NCBI RefSeq assembly: GCF_000281045.1
Contig: NW_008246114.1
Location: 108,406 to 172,405, forward strand
DNA from: Saprolegnia diclina VS20
Lineage: Eukaryota
DNA: 64,000 bases
Reading direction: 5' to 3'
Of the stretch, positions 47,915-60,134 are shown in pieces. The notes beneath the pieces are model-generated. The model did not search any database and had not been told where the DNA came from. It was given only the letters and a program-made list of their open reading frames with translations. Both the position numbers and the translations under genes were made by a program. The first letter of the stretch is position 1, and every line of letters starts with the position of its first letter.

Positions 47915-50406
47915 TCCTGTCGTATGTGTAAACTAATTTTAAAAAAGTGAGTTTCGCAAGTATCTACACTCGAAAAATAGGGACCTCGGTGGCAAGCGGT
48001 GGCGCCAGTGCGATTGTTGTCGTGACCTTGGTTGATATCGTCGGGCATTGGTCAAACAAGAGGTGCCGGCGCTAGGCCCACACGCTTCACAACAAGCCCA
48101 GCACGACATACAAGACATTCTGTCCCACTCCCACGCATTCATGGCGCAGAGCTGAACGCGCTCGCGGCCGACATACACATGAGGCCTGCCAAGGCTCAGC
48201 GCCAAAAGCGACCTGCCAGTGTGTCTGCAAAGACAGTGGCTAGACGCTGTCTGACGACGAGACAGAAAATATCAATAGTCCAGTTGGTGACATGCTATTA
48301 TGCTTGGATTCACGACAACCAGGCACCACAAGCAACGGAGTGATGTGTGTTGGTGCGAGGTGTTTTCTGAGACTGCCACGTCATTTTGTTCCGCCAATCA
48401 GCATCGAGATGGATTTGACTGCCAATACTAATACTCTCGTTGTTTCGTCAGCAAGGACTCGGCGCATGCGTCTACATCGTTCCACTGACAGGCAATTATG
48501 CACAGTATGTCTGTCTCGCTCGCTGCATAGTGCTCGTTTCACATTGTGGCAGTGCGAGAACCACAAGTTGTGGTCCTCGCGCCAGCCGCAATGTGCAAGA
48601 AGTGATCACGGTCGCCGAACTTGATGCGTTATACAAATGTGTCGCGTGCCTACGTACGGGCTCATAGGCTTATGGGTATTGACCTGCCGGGGGGACTCTG
48701 CAGGCACGCTTGCATGTGCGTCACTTCAAGTTCAACGACTTCAGCGATTCGAGGTTTGTGATCAGCTTGAAGTATATCGGTGCGACGTACCGAATGGTTG
48801 CTTCGACCTCCGTATTGTCTACGTAAGGTACTTCCATCCATGCAGTTATACCGCGTTAGCGCTGGTCCACGCGAAGCTTATCGTTGCAAGTGCTTGTCGT
48901 GTCGGACTGAGTGCCGCGGTATCCGTTCGCCACGAGCCGATACCTATGGGATATTGTCGTGTAGCTTCGGTGCCCTTATCTCGACGCCGTTCGATTGGTA
49001 CTAAAGGACCATGAAAAGAAGTGGGCATCAACATCGTTGACTCTCGACACGAGTGGCCGCGTTTGCACCTTGTCCCGCTCCTACCTCCGCCGGCCTAGAT
49101 CAAGTACGACAACCGAGCATACACAACAAAGAAAGCGTAGATCTACGTGACTATTTTAATACAGTCGACCCACTTCAACAACAACATCGTTGACTCTTGT
49201 CTTGTCTTTGATGTGCCACCACCAGATTACGAAACGTGACGAGCCACTTTGCATTTTTTGAAAACAAAGTATGAACGTGTGGTGGTACCATGATGGTGAT
49301 AATGTGGGGCACGTGAAGGCACGACCGAGCACCTTCCACGACGAACGTGTAGCTCACACTACAGCGCGCTAGTCGCTTTGCCGTGGCACCCCAGATGCAG
49401 CCGCCAGGCGTGGGTTTGGGTACGTCCGGTATCCTCGTCTTCTTGCCGACAGCCAGCCCGTAGAGGCTCGACTGCGTACCAGTCGTATTGCTATGTACAA
49501 GAACAACCACAAGGCATCCGCGCCACAGAGGGCGGTGCATGGGCCACTGTGTATGTGAGCGGGTGCGCATACCAGTGTAGTACCTCGGCACCAGCGCTAA
49601 GCTGCCGGAAGAAACCGCTCGACGCAAAGACGCGCCAAGGCAAGAAGAGAACGTGGGTGACGAGTACTACACCGAGAGCCGATGCACCCACGGCAGTGCT
49701 TGTATCGAAACGTAGGAGCGTCCATCCATCCCAGCGAAGCGCTGAACCGTTGCAGCCTGGCGTCGAGCTCGGAGGGTCTCGTAATGCTTGGGACAAGACC
49801 GCCACGTCTACGCCTTCAAGGAGCTGCGAACCGCGAAACTTGAGGCTTGCAGTTCCTTGACGAGCCACCGTGGCGAGTGGGGAACACGGTGTCCAGCGCC
49901 GCAGCGAACGGAATGTGTTGACGCTTCTTCTTGTTCACCTTTCAATCACCAGAAGCAGAAGCCGTGACCTGCGATGTGGCGCAGTGTGTTGTGTTACATC
50001 GGCGGATGCGTCTACACCGCCAAAAGCAACCAGAAAGGACTACAAACCACGGCTCTTTCTAGTCGCTAGCGCCGGTGGAACGCCACCTTGGCCGCATGGA
50101 AGCGACTGCATCTACGTGTATATCTACATGCCGGGCACTGCAACGACGTACAAGACGTGTCCAAGCACCGACCGCCTGCCTCAGAGACGACACGGGGTGG
50201 TTGAACCTGGCTTGCGTGTCACTTGGGGTGACGGGCCTCTGTATGTCGGCTATAAAAACTAAGAAACGTTAATGGATTTTAGCCAATCGCGTGCCGGCCC
50301 GCCCTGGCGTCCCCCATTGCACACGGCGTGGCCTGTTTCTCATCCGGATACATGTAGCATCTATCCGTATGTTCGCCGCCCGCCGGAACTCCATTTGCAC
50401 ATAGGC

Positions 50407-51719
50407 ATGGCGTGGGCACAGCGCGAGGTCAACAACGCGCTCTCGATGAGCGACCTCATGGAGAAGGCCATGTGGGCGCCCGACGACAGCCGCGACGACT
50501 GCTACGTGTGCAGCCGCCACTTCAGCAAGTTTCGGCGAAAGCACCACTGCCGGCTCGTACGTCGTCCTGCCTGCAGCTACCATCTCACATGGCATGCGTC
50601 TCGTATTAGTGCGGCGAAGTGGTTTGCGCCAGCTGCCTCCTCAAGAAGCTGGTCGAAGAGACCACGCGCGTCGGGCTGCGCGAGGTCAAAGTGTGCATGA
50701 CGTGTCTCTCGACGACCAACGAGCGGCAGACCAAACCATCGTCGTCGTCGCTCTCGTCGTCGTCGTCCAAGCTCGCGCCCGCTTCGCACAGCGGTGGCGC
50801 CATCGAGCCCTATGCCAAGCACGCAATGGACTCGTCCAAGTCGATGGAGTCGCTGGCCAAGGGCCCGCGCACACCACCGCACACCGAGACGACCATTCAC
50901 TACGACGACGAGGACGACGACCACCACCATGCAACGCAGCACGACGACCATGACCATCTCGACAACTTTCGCTTCACGGTCGAGTACGAGCTCGACTTCA
51001 ACTGGGTCTACCCGTGGCCGCGGCCGCCGACCTTGCGCAACGAAGTCGAGCGCCTCGACGCGCTGCGTGCACTGCGCATCCTCGACACACCGCGCGACGA
51101 CGGCTTTGACAGCGTCTGCGAGCTTGCGACCAACGCGCTGCAGTGCCCGATCGGTGTCATTAGCTTCATGGACGACGACCGGCAGTGGTTCAAGGCGTGC
51201 ATCGGCCTCACCGAGCCGTCGATCCCGCGCGACATAGCGTTTTGCGCCCATACAATTCGTTCACAAGAGGCCATGGTGGTCCCCGATACGACCAAGGACC
51301 CGCGCTTTGTCCAAAACCCGCTGGTGACGGGCCCGACGCACATTCGGTTCTACGCCGGCGCGCCGCTGATTGCGCCGACCTTTGGCCAAGTCATTGGCAC
51401 CATCTGCGTCATGGACACGGTGCCGCATCCGCGCTGCGAGGTCGCAACGCTCGAGAAGCTCTCGACGATCGTCATGAAGAAGATTGCGCTCAGCATGCCA
51501 GCAGCACCAAGTGCGTCCTTGCGGGCGTCCAGCGGCTCGACTACCAATCTGCGCGGGTACTCGTCGTCGTCGGTCTCGACGGTTGCGTCGTCGACGTCAT
51601 CGAGCTACCCGAGTGACCCGTCCTTGGGCAACCTCGAGTCGATGATGCTGCAGCTGCTCTCGAAAGCCGCCGAGACCCAGCATCAGCTCGCAACGCAAAA
51701 GCAACCCGCGCTCTTATAG
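50407..51719 (+). CDS. FYVE zinc finger plus GAF domain protein, 2 exons
   Basis: FYVE: WAPD..CYVC..FSKFRRKHHCRL|CGEVVCASC..VCMTC, with intron 50557-50609. GAF: NEVERLDALRALRILDT..RQWFKA..RDIAFCAHTI..DTTKDPRF..NPLV..IRFYAGAPL..GTICVMD. Confidence 0.93.
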
Positions 51720-52267
51720 AAGAAAACCTCGTTCGTGTGTCTAACCTCGTAACTCGTGTCGTCCGTTGCTGTGCTTTTATCTGTAGCGACCAAACATGGT
51801 GGAGGCAACCACTTGTACTAGCTCAATGATGCGTCGTCGTCCGCAAGGAAAATGGTGACGCACGCCGCCTCGACGTCGAGAATCTCTCTCGACTTGGCAA
51901 GTGGCGCCAAGCGAGTCGACGACCTCACCGCGTAGGGACCTTGGCGCACGGATGTCGGCAAATACCTTTTGGCCCGTTGCAGGCGGTGGGATGAGTACCT
52001 TTGTTTAACAGTCAAGGGGTCGACCAATGATTTGATCGAGGCAAAGGTCATTGGACGGTGTCCTGGAGCTGTGTCCCGGTGCAGTCGCAGTCTTCGCTCG
52101 CACAGACGTGCCATGAGCCCCAGGAATGCGGTGATGGACTTCGAGTTGAATGCAGTGCAATGTACTTATGACAGAGAAAACGCCGGCACAGGGACAAGGT
52201 CGCGCCCGAGGTCTGTACATCAAGCTCGAGTCAAGCCGGCTCTATCATGCAAAACACTTTGTAGGGC

Positions 52268-52590
52268 ATGAACCGAGACGGTCTGCTTGCCGTTTTGCGT
52301 GGTGCCTTTGCCGACGCTAATCTGGTGTGTAGCATGCTGGTATCAACGCTTTTGCAAGCATACTCTTTGTAGGATGCGATGAACAAGGCGTTGGTGCGGG
52401 CCGTGATTGCCAAGACAACGATGCGCTGTGCCTCTTAGAGCTGGGTGCAGACGTGTGGACCGGTACTACGCCACCTTGGTGAGCACTTTACCGAATGGAT
52501 GGCGTAGGAACATAACCGCATGACGCTCCTCGCTCTGGCCATCCAGCACGGCCACGACGATGCCATTGTATTCTTCCATTTCTGCTTTTG
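52268..52590 (+). pseudogene. Ankyrin-repeat gene remnant
   Basis: Fragments MNKALVRAVIA / DALCLLELGADVW / TLLALAIQHGHDDAIV are separated by a frameshift and a stop. Confidence 0.45.
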
Positions 52591-53436
52591 AATCAATCAA
52601 TTTTGTATTTTCGCGACCAAGTCTTGCCGCTGTTGTGGGTCATTTTAGAGAAGCAACAAAAATGGTCGGGAGAGTGATGTTGTACGTGTGGGAGATCCAT
52701 CGACAACGCTTGTGCAACCGCATGTCCGGCTAGGGGTAGGGTCAACGCGCAACGTCGGACGTTGCATCGTACGACCTCAATACGACAAAGTTTGCCAACA
52801 AGCAGCGACGTCCCTGTTCACGGGCACCCTCGATTAGCAGCGTCGGTACAATGTGCTGGATCGCTCTAGAGTGTTTCGAGCTCCGGGGCGTCAAGACGGC
52901 GCGTCCAGCCCTGGCGCCGACATTTATTCGGTTGGCGTCGCTTGACCGAGCTCTACCCGCGCACCGAGCCGTACTCCGAGCTGCCCGATCGCAACGACGT
53001 AGAAGAGTTGGTGTGGCTCTACGTTGTCCCACTGAGGTCCATCCAAAACTTTGTTTCGTTTTTGCGCCCACCGTCCAGCGACACTTGATCGGCTTCCTCG
53101 ATGAATGGTACAGTCGCATTGCCGAGTCCTCAAGCTCAAGACGACTGCTTCATGCGAGCGATTGCTCAAGACAAGGTTGCGCGTCCGACGGCAACATCCC
53201 GTAGCTCGGTCCCAGGACGCTCGAGTCTAGCCGTGAGCGTCGATTGTCTGCGTGTGGGAGTGGAGGATCTAACGTGGAAGATCTTCTTGCGGAGCGGCAA
53301 GACGCTGCGCACGTACGTCGACAACATGACAGACGTCATCGACACGGACCCGGTCGCTGCCATTGGCGCCGGTGCGTCGCTGCGATTATCGCTACAAATC
53401 TACACTACCTAACCCTATATATACGCTCGTGTCCGT

Positions 53437-55422
53437 TTAGAAAATGGCCTTGCTGTCGCCGCCGTCGACGCTTTGGCAGTACGGGATCACGACCTGCGTG
53501 ATGCACTGGTGGACCGCGTCGAGCTCGGCAATTTCCCGCGGCGGGTGCGTGCGCTCGGTCTCTGCAAAGATGCCGCAGCAAAACTCGACCTGCTCGAGCA
53601 TCTCGTAGAGGCGCGCCAATTTGCGGGCTTCGGTCGCCGACTTGGCCTGCGAGTGCGCTTGTACGTATTTCTGAAAGCTCTGGAGCACCATGCCGACCTT
53701 TTGGCCATAAATCTCCTTGAGGGCCGCGTGCTAGTACGACCACAACATAAACATCGTCATTGACATTGGTAGAGGAGGAAGGGGTGTACCTTGCGCCAGT
53801 AGACGTGCTGCGACGGTCGGTCCGAAGCCGCCGATGAAAAGCTAGAGTCGGTGCGGGGCGCCGCCGACGATGCATTCGACGGAGCGAGCGACGGCAGCGA
53901 GATCTCGGTCGAGAGGAACGTATCACGGAGCGGTGACAGCGTTGCGTTGACTTCGGTCTGGAGCTTCTTGAGGTGCGGCTCAATCACCGTCGTAATGTAC
54001 GTATAGACATGCTCGAGCTCCTTGATATCGCGGGGCGCGTGCGTCGCGGGTGTCTCTTCCAGAACCTGACCGCAGTAGTCGGCGTACTCGAAGAGATGCA
54101 TGACGTCTTGGATGTGTTCCTACGCATTTTTATTCATCAAGATGCACTTGGGGGCGAGAACGACGTACCGGCGACTTGTGCCCACGGTACCGCTGGAGGT
54201 ACATCTGGAAGAATCGGTAGGCTTCGCCGACGCTGCCCAAGTACATTTGTTTGAGCTGCGTATGCTGTTGCCAATATGCGTCGAGTCGTCGCTGCCGGTC
54301 GTCGCGGAGGTTCGGTGACATGGTCGGATTTTGGTGCTTGACGGCAAAGAGCTGGTCCGACATCGAGGGCAGCATTTTGCTGCCGCTAACCGATGAGACC
54401 GACGAGAGCGACGACGACTGCGTCAGCTTGTGCATGTACGGGGTAATGATCTTGTGGATCGACTTGGTGAGCCGGCGCAAGTCGGCGTTCGAGCGCGGTG
54501 GATGCGACGACGGCGTTTCCTGCAGCACGTGGAGGCAAAACTCGACGTAGCCCATGAGGTACTCGATCTTCTGGCGCTGCTCGTTCTGGACGGCGCCCGG
54601 CCGGCTCAAATGCTGCTTGAAGGCCGCGTGGACTGCGAGGACGTTGGCGAAATGGGCGTCCTTGAGCGCACCATGCTACATCATAGTCGCGTGAGATGGA
54701 TCGACCTACAAGGCGGTCATGGGCGCAAGACGTACCGAGCGCCAGTAGTCCATCTCGTTCTCCGTGTGATACGATGCATATGTGTTCTCGGACGACGTCA
54801 TACTGCTGCGGTCGTCCATGACCGACGGTGGCGGGAGGCTAAACTGTGGTCGCTGCCCGAGGTCGCCGTGGCGGCGGCCAGTCCACATGACCTTGACATG
54901 GTTGGTCTCGGGCTGCGGCGGCGACCCGAGCGAGTCCATCGAGTCGCGGCTGAGCATCGAGTCGCGGCCCATCGCGTCGTCGTCCTCGACGCGCTCGGGG
55001 AGGTCGTCCGTCGAGAGCTTGGTCACATACGGCACGACGATGTGGGAGATGTACTTGCGGACGCGCGCGAGCTCTTCCCACGTCCGAATCGCATGCGTCG
55101 CCGCGTCTTCCTCAAGTACTTGCTTGCAGAACGCGACGTACTCGACGAGGTGCGCGACTTTGCGGCGCTCGTCGAGGTCATGCGACCCGAGGATCTTCCG
55201 GAAGGTCGCGTGCACTGCATGCACGTCGTCGAGGTACGACATCTTGAGCGCGCCATGCTACGGAAGGCAGGTACCATGAGGACCGTCGTCGAGCGAGGAA
55301 GCGCATTGAGCTAGTACCTGCTTCCAGTACTCGGTCGTCGCATGGTCCGAGGACGAGGTCGAGCTCGCATGGCTGCCGGGTCGCCGGGACGGCGTCTGCA
55401 GGGGGGGCGGCTGGTACATCAT
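53437..55422 (-). CDS. Hypothetical protein with four copies of an ~80-aa helical repeat, 5 exons
   Basis: Four units of the form YWxxHxxLKxxYxxxVxxxxxxF...YV[EA]FCxxVLxETPxTHxPR..L..V...I..V+.PY are separated by Ser-rich linkers. Confidence 0.85.
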
Positions 55423-56670
55423 GCTCGGTCGGCCCCGGGGAAATTGCTTGAATGCAAGAGGTCCCACTTGGCCGATCAGGTCTACCCTTCAATTAAATAT
55501 TTAAATAGGCAATCCACCCCTCGAGTGTCTAGACGCACGCCATTTCTGTCCGGATAAGCAAGGCGCCACGCGGTTCGGCATGCCCCTGTCCCACGCCACG
55601 CTCAGCGTATTGCACCGACGGGCTGCAAGCGACAGAGCAATCCATGGGAAGACGAGCCGCAGGAAACACGCAACGAAGGGAGGTCCTTGGGATGGGCTCT
55701 CTCGTGATAACGACGACGAACTGGACGGTGGTATCTGGTTGGCGAGTTGCGAGAAGGCTGAGAGTATCCGTGGCATAGCAAGCGCCGAGAACGCGCTTGG
55801 TCTGGGAACCGATGCCCTTCTACCAACATGCTGATAAGCTTAGTCGCCCGTTGGGGCAAGTACAAGGTTGCAATGGTTGCGTGTATTTCGCTGCTGTGTT
55901 TCGTGGTTCGGGCCGTTGGTTTCGATAGGAATAGCATGGGAGAAGGAGGATGGGCACAGGGTGATGGACCACAGCGGGACGGGGCACGGTGGGCGGTCCA
56001 CTGGCTACAGTGCAGCGCAGTCCGACGCTCGAGTAACTTGCGTATTTTCGCGGCGCCACGCACAGGCGCGTCGTATCCGGAATGTGGCGTGTATATAGCC
56101 GCTTGCGCTTTGTATGGGCGTTTGGAAAGCGCGCGGGGTGGAATGGGCTGCATTCCACCAAGAACTTTATTAAACTACATGTAAAAAAATACGGCCATTT
56201 TTTCTCGGCCAATTTAAATTCAGCATACAATGCGAGCGTTCGTTATATCGTCGACGTCACGCTGTAATTAAAATTGTCGCGTGATGCGCTGGGTACTAAT
56301 ACGGTGTGACCAACAACAAATCGCGGGGCTTTTCTCGGTGGTCGTCGCTGTACTCAGCACCGTCAGAATCGCTTCAACGACTAGAATCACCGTCCGAAAC
56401 GAGCGATGGACAATGTGTACATGCGATGCGAGCGCTCGAATTGCCCGACGCCAAGCGCCAAAAAAGGAGGCCGTGCGTAGCGCATGCAATGGGGTGGCGA
56501 CACGAGGTTCGTGGCCAATCACGTGACGTTTTCGATGCAGCTGGTTTGGCGTGACTCAGCGCTCATTGGCTAGGATGGGAATCTGGACGGCACCACGTCG
56601 ACCGCGTCGACGCGCGAGGAAAAAAATGAGCGTCAACGGCTTGCGCTACACGCCCCTGTCGCGGCGTGGG

Positions 56671-56760
56671 CCGACCTTCGAGACCTCTGACTCAGAGGTC
56701 TCGAAGGTTGGTCTGCAATGTCTCGGAAGTCAGAGGCTCTGACTTCCGAGACAGTGCAGA
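56671..56760. repeat. Two adjacent near-perfect palindromes (41 bp and 49 bp)
   Basis: CCGACCTTCGAGACCTCTGA-C-TCAGAGGTCTCGAAGGTTGG (56671-56711) and TCTGCAATGTCTCGGAAGTCAGAG-G-CTCTGACTTCCGAGACAGTGCAGA (56712-56760), with one mismatch each. Confidence 0.95.
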
Positions 56761-57366
56761 AGCAGCTCGCCATACTTGCACACGGCTTCGTGGCTGAATG
56801 CGGAGAACCTGCGCGGTGGCATCGTTGAAGAGGGTTGCAGCGGACGTGGTGGACATTCCAACCAAGATTGGGGCGATGCAAGAAGCTTCGTCATTTGTCG
56901 TGTTGACCATACTAATCACAAGCCATTCAAGGGTTGAATGCGGCTTGTGCCGGTCGTCAAGTGCATGTAAACGCGTAGTATAGTGCACCCAAGACCATCC
57001 ATAATTGCCACGTGCATGGTATATTCCGATCGTGCTCCATTCGCCCACCGATACGATCCATCGATCGCTGTCACCTCCCCACTGACTGCAACGTGTAGCG
57101 CTCGAGTGCAAGAATAGGCCAGACCAAGCCATTGAAACAACCAATTCGTTGGCCTTTCTGCTCGACGGGCAAGCTCGGGCCGCCACGATGGCACCGCTTC
57201 CATCCGCGCGCTCTGATTGGCTGAAATCAGATCTTACACAGCCATGTTGGCGCGCCATGCTGCCACGTCCAAACTTAGCTTCGCGCTGTGTGCCTCTACG
57301 ATTGGCATTCGCCATTCGACGTGGTCACTGCACGCGACGTCCCTACCCGCGTACTCACTTGCATCC

Positions 57367-58902
57367 ATGCAGCTCTCAACGATCCTCTTGTGGTTTTTAC
57401 CGGTGACGCTCGGGCACCTCTGCGTCGTGCCCCCGTATTCGTACACGTCCAATTCAGACCCGGCGCTCGCAACCGCGCTGGGAGTGCTCCAGCAAAGCCC
57501 GATTGGCACGTGGGTCAATGACAATGGTCACAACCCGGTGCCCGACGTCCTCGCAAAGTGCGACAATGGGGCTGTCCCCATCTTTATCATTTACGGTCTC
57601 CCGAACAAGGACTGCGCGGCGGGCTACTCGGGCGGCGGCAACAACAAAAACACTGAAGAGTACGCGTCTTGGCTTCAAACGATCGTGTCGACGGTCGGGT
57701 CCCGCGAGGTCATTTACATTGTCGAACCCGACGCGCTCGGGCTCCTCTCGCAGCAAGGGTGCGCCGTCAACCTCGCATACGAAGCCAACTTGAAGACTGC
57801 CGTGGAAGTCCTGAGTCAAAACACCAACGCACACATTTACGTCGACGTCGCGGGTTGGGCCACCGAGTCGGTTGCTATCTCGGTGCTCCAGGCACTCAAA
57901 ACAGCCGGTCGCCTCGCAGGCATCTCGATCAACACGTCCAACTACCAGTCCAACGACGCTATGCTGCGTGTCTGCAGCACGTACTCGAGCGCGACAGGTG
58001 GTCTCCACTGCGTCATTGATACGTCCCGCAACTACCGCGGGTCGCCGCAGAACGAGTGGTGCAATGCTAAGTCGGCCGGTATCGGCGCGCCGCCAACCGA
58101 AACGACCAATCATGAGCTCGTCGACTATTACCTCTGGCTCAAGGTACCTGGTGAGAGCGACGGACAGTGCACGGACAGCGGGCGCTCTTCAGATGCGATG
58201 GCGGGCCCCGGCGCCGGTCAGTTTTTTACTCAAGTGTTTACGTCGCTTTGGAACAATGGCTACTACGTCGCGCAAGGCGCCGCACCGATCGGTGGCGCGC
58301 CGCCCCCGTCCACTGCAGCCCCCGTTCCGGCGCCACCGCCGGCAACCACGGCCCCCGTGGTGACCCCAACACCTGCGTCCGAGACGACACCGGCCCCTGC
58401 ACCCTCGACACCAACACCGACAACACCGACGACGCCAACACCGACTACGCCAACACCGACGACACCGACACCAACGACAGATGCACCGAAGACACCAACG
58501 ACGGATGCACCCACGTACCCGACCCGCGAATCGGACAGCGACGACGACGATTACCCGTGCGAAATTGACGAGGACAACATTGCTACGATGCCGCCGCGCA
58601 CGACGCCACCGCCGCCGACGGAAGCGAAGGCTGAGAACGTGACCACGCCGGCGCCCGCGGCCGTCAACTTGGCGGCGCAGATGCAATCGACTTCCGCAGT
58701 CGAGTCGCCACCGACGCTGCTTTCACCGGGTGGCACCGTCGCGATCGCTCTCGCCGTGATTGCGCTCGTCGCGCTCGTCGTCTTCTCTGTTTTTAGCGTG
58801 CGTCGGCATCGCAAGCGCTTTGGTGACCGCGATGACCAAGTCGTGGCGCTCGATTCGACGGGCATTGCTGTATTGCTGTCGACACCGGCTGCCAAACTCT
58901 AA
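57367..58902 (+). CDS. Glycoside hydrolase family 6 (cellulase/endoglucanase) with PT linker and C-terminal TM anchor
   Basis: Signal peptide; IYGLPNKDCAAGYSGGG, IVEPDALG (catalytic acid), YVDVAGW, INTSNY, VIDTSRN, WCN, WLKVPGESDG; then PT repeats and TM VAIALAVIALVALVVFSVFSV-RRHRKR. Confidence 0.95.
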   Translation: MQLSTILLWFLPVTLGHLCVVPPYSYTSNSDPALATALGVLQQSPIGTWVNDNGHNPVPDVLAKCDNGAVPIFIIYGLPNKDCAAGYSGGGNNKNTEEYASWLQTIVSTVGSREVIYIVEPDALGLLSQQGCAVNLAYEANLKTAVEVLSQNTNAHIYVDVAGWATESVAISVLQALKTAGRLAGISINTSNYQSNDAMLRVCSTYSSATGGLHCVIDTSRNYRGSPQNEWCNAKSAGIGAPPTETTNHELVDYYLWLKVPGESDGQCTDSGRSSDAMAGPGAGQFFTQVFTSLWNNGYYVAQGAAPIGGAPPPSTAAPVPAPPPATTAPVVTPTPASETTPAPAPSTPTPTTPTTPTPTTPTPTTPTPTTDAPKTPTTDAPTYPTRESDSDDDDYPCEIDEDNIATMPPRTTPPPPTEAKAENVTTPAPAAVNLAAQMQSTSAVESPPTLLSPGGTVAIALAVIALVALVVFSVFSVRRHRKRFGDRDDQVVALDSTGIAVLLSTPAAKL

Positions 58903-59203
58903 GCGGCGTCGACGGTCGACCATATTCCTTTCCGGCATACAAGGACATGGTAACAACAGACGCAGTTGCTCTTTCACGATAGTATGTGTGTACGAGATGT
59001 ATCACAAATATTTCTTTCAAATATCTTTGTCGGCGGTGACGAATCTCTCGTTCGCGTTTAAACATGGGATTGAAGTGGTGTAGACAGAGGTGACGCGGTG
59101 TTTGCGAAGTGCGGAGAAGAATTCTGCAACAGTGGTTTTTAAGTGTTGGGCGAATTTAGAGTGTCCCTCAATATCAAATGTAGAACTATACCGCTATAAA
59201 CAT

Positions 59204-59274
59204 GCGCTATTGGTTTAGTGGTAAAATATCTCGTTGCCATCGAGATGCCCCGGGTTCGATTCCCGGATGGCGCA
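59204..59274 (+). tRNA. tRNA-Gly (anticodon GCC)
   Basis: Acceptor stem GCGCTAT/ATGGCGC, D-arm TGGTTTAGTGGTAAAA, anticodon stem TCTCG-TTGCCAT-CGAGA, T-arm CCGGG-TTCGATT-CCCGG; 71 nt. Confidence 0.97.
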
Positions 59275-59279
59275 TTTTT
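59275..59279 (+). terminator. Pol III terminator
   Basis: TTTTT immediately after the tRNA discriminator base. Confidence 0.8.
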
Positions 59280-60134
59280 GGATTTGTTTTGGCCATTTTC
59301 ACATTTTAATTTTCATCAATTTGCGATTTCACAAAGCACAACCCTGCTTTTTAGTAACCAACAGTACAACCTCTTCCCACGCCTCTCAGCTATTTTATGA
59401 TACCACTAGGACCTAGCATCAAAAAGCTTCCATCGATTGATTGAATTTTCTGTCAATTTTGTTTTTTTGGACGCCTTTTCACACCTCTTCGGTGTCCTCT
59501 TGCACGCGATTCTATCGCTTATCCGAGGACCATCTCACGTCACTGTTCATCGCAATTTTGAAGCCTTTTCTGACCAGTTCATGCGCTTAGAGCGGGCCAT
59601 TCATTGTACAATATCTTGTGCGATATCAAAAATGCACTACATCTCGAATGTGGTATTTTTCATGTTCCATGATTCGGGTCATAACATGCGCATCTCAAAT
59701 TATGTCGAGGATAATTTTTGTGCTTCATCTTGGCCATTTTTATATATTGACTTTTGATCTCAAACAAGGTCACTTATATCACGCTACACAACTCTCTCGG
59801 CGACGCGACGAGGTGTTTTGTTATCTCCAAGAGTTTCTCTATCGTCATGCCAAGTTTCAGCACTTTCATTTCTGACTCGAAATGCACTAGGATGTGAGGA
59901 AGCGAGAGGTGTCTATGACCTATTCTGTCTTCAGTACGAGAGCAGGAAGAAGGTAGACAGTCACACCGTGACTAGGCTTTAACCAGGGTTCACTCTCAAC
60001 GATAAAAACCCTTCGAGTATTTGTGTCTTCAGCACTTTGAGGTACCGAAACGTGGAAACCATTCTGCAAAGATAAATTGAGAATTGATTTGCAACATGTA
60101 TTATGAAACGATTATGACTGTGGAGCCGTGAGAT

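Noticed and set aside
48000..50270. Scattered ORFs in a 2.2-kb intergenic stretch
   Set aside because: All frames are interrupted and no transposase, RT or other domain is recognisable.
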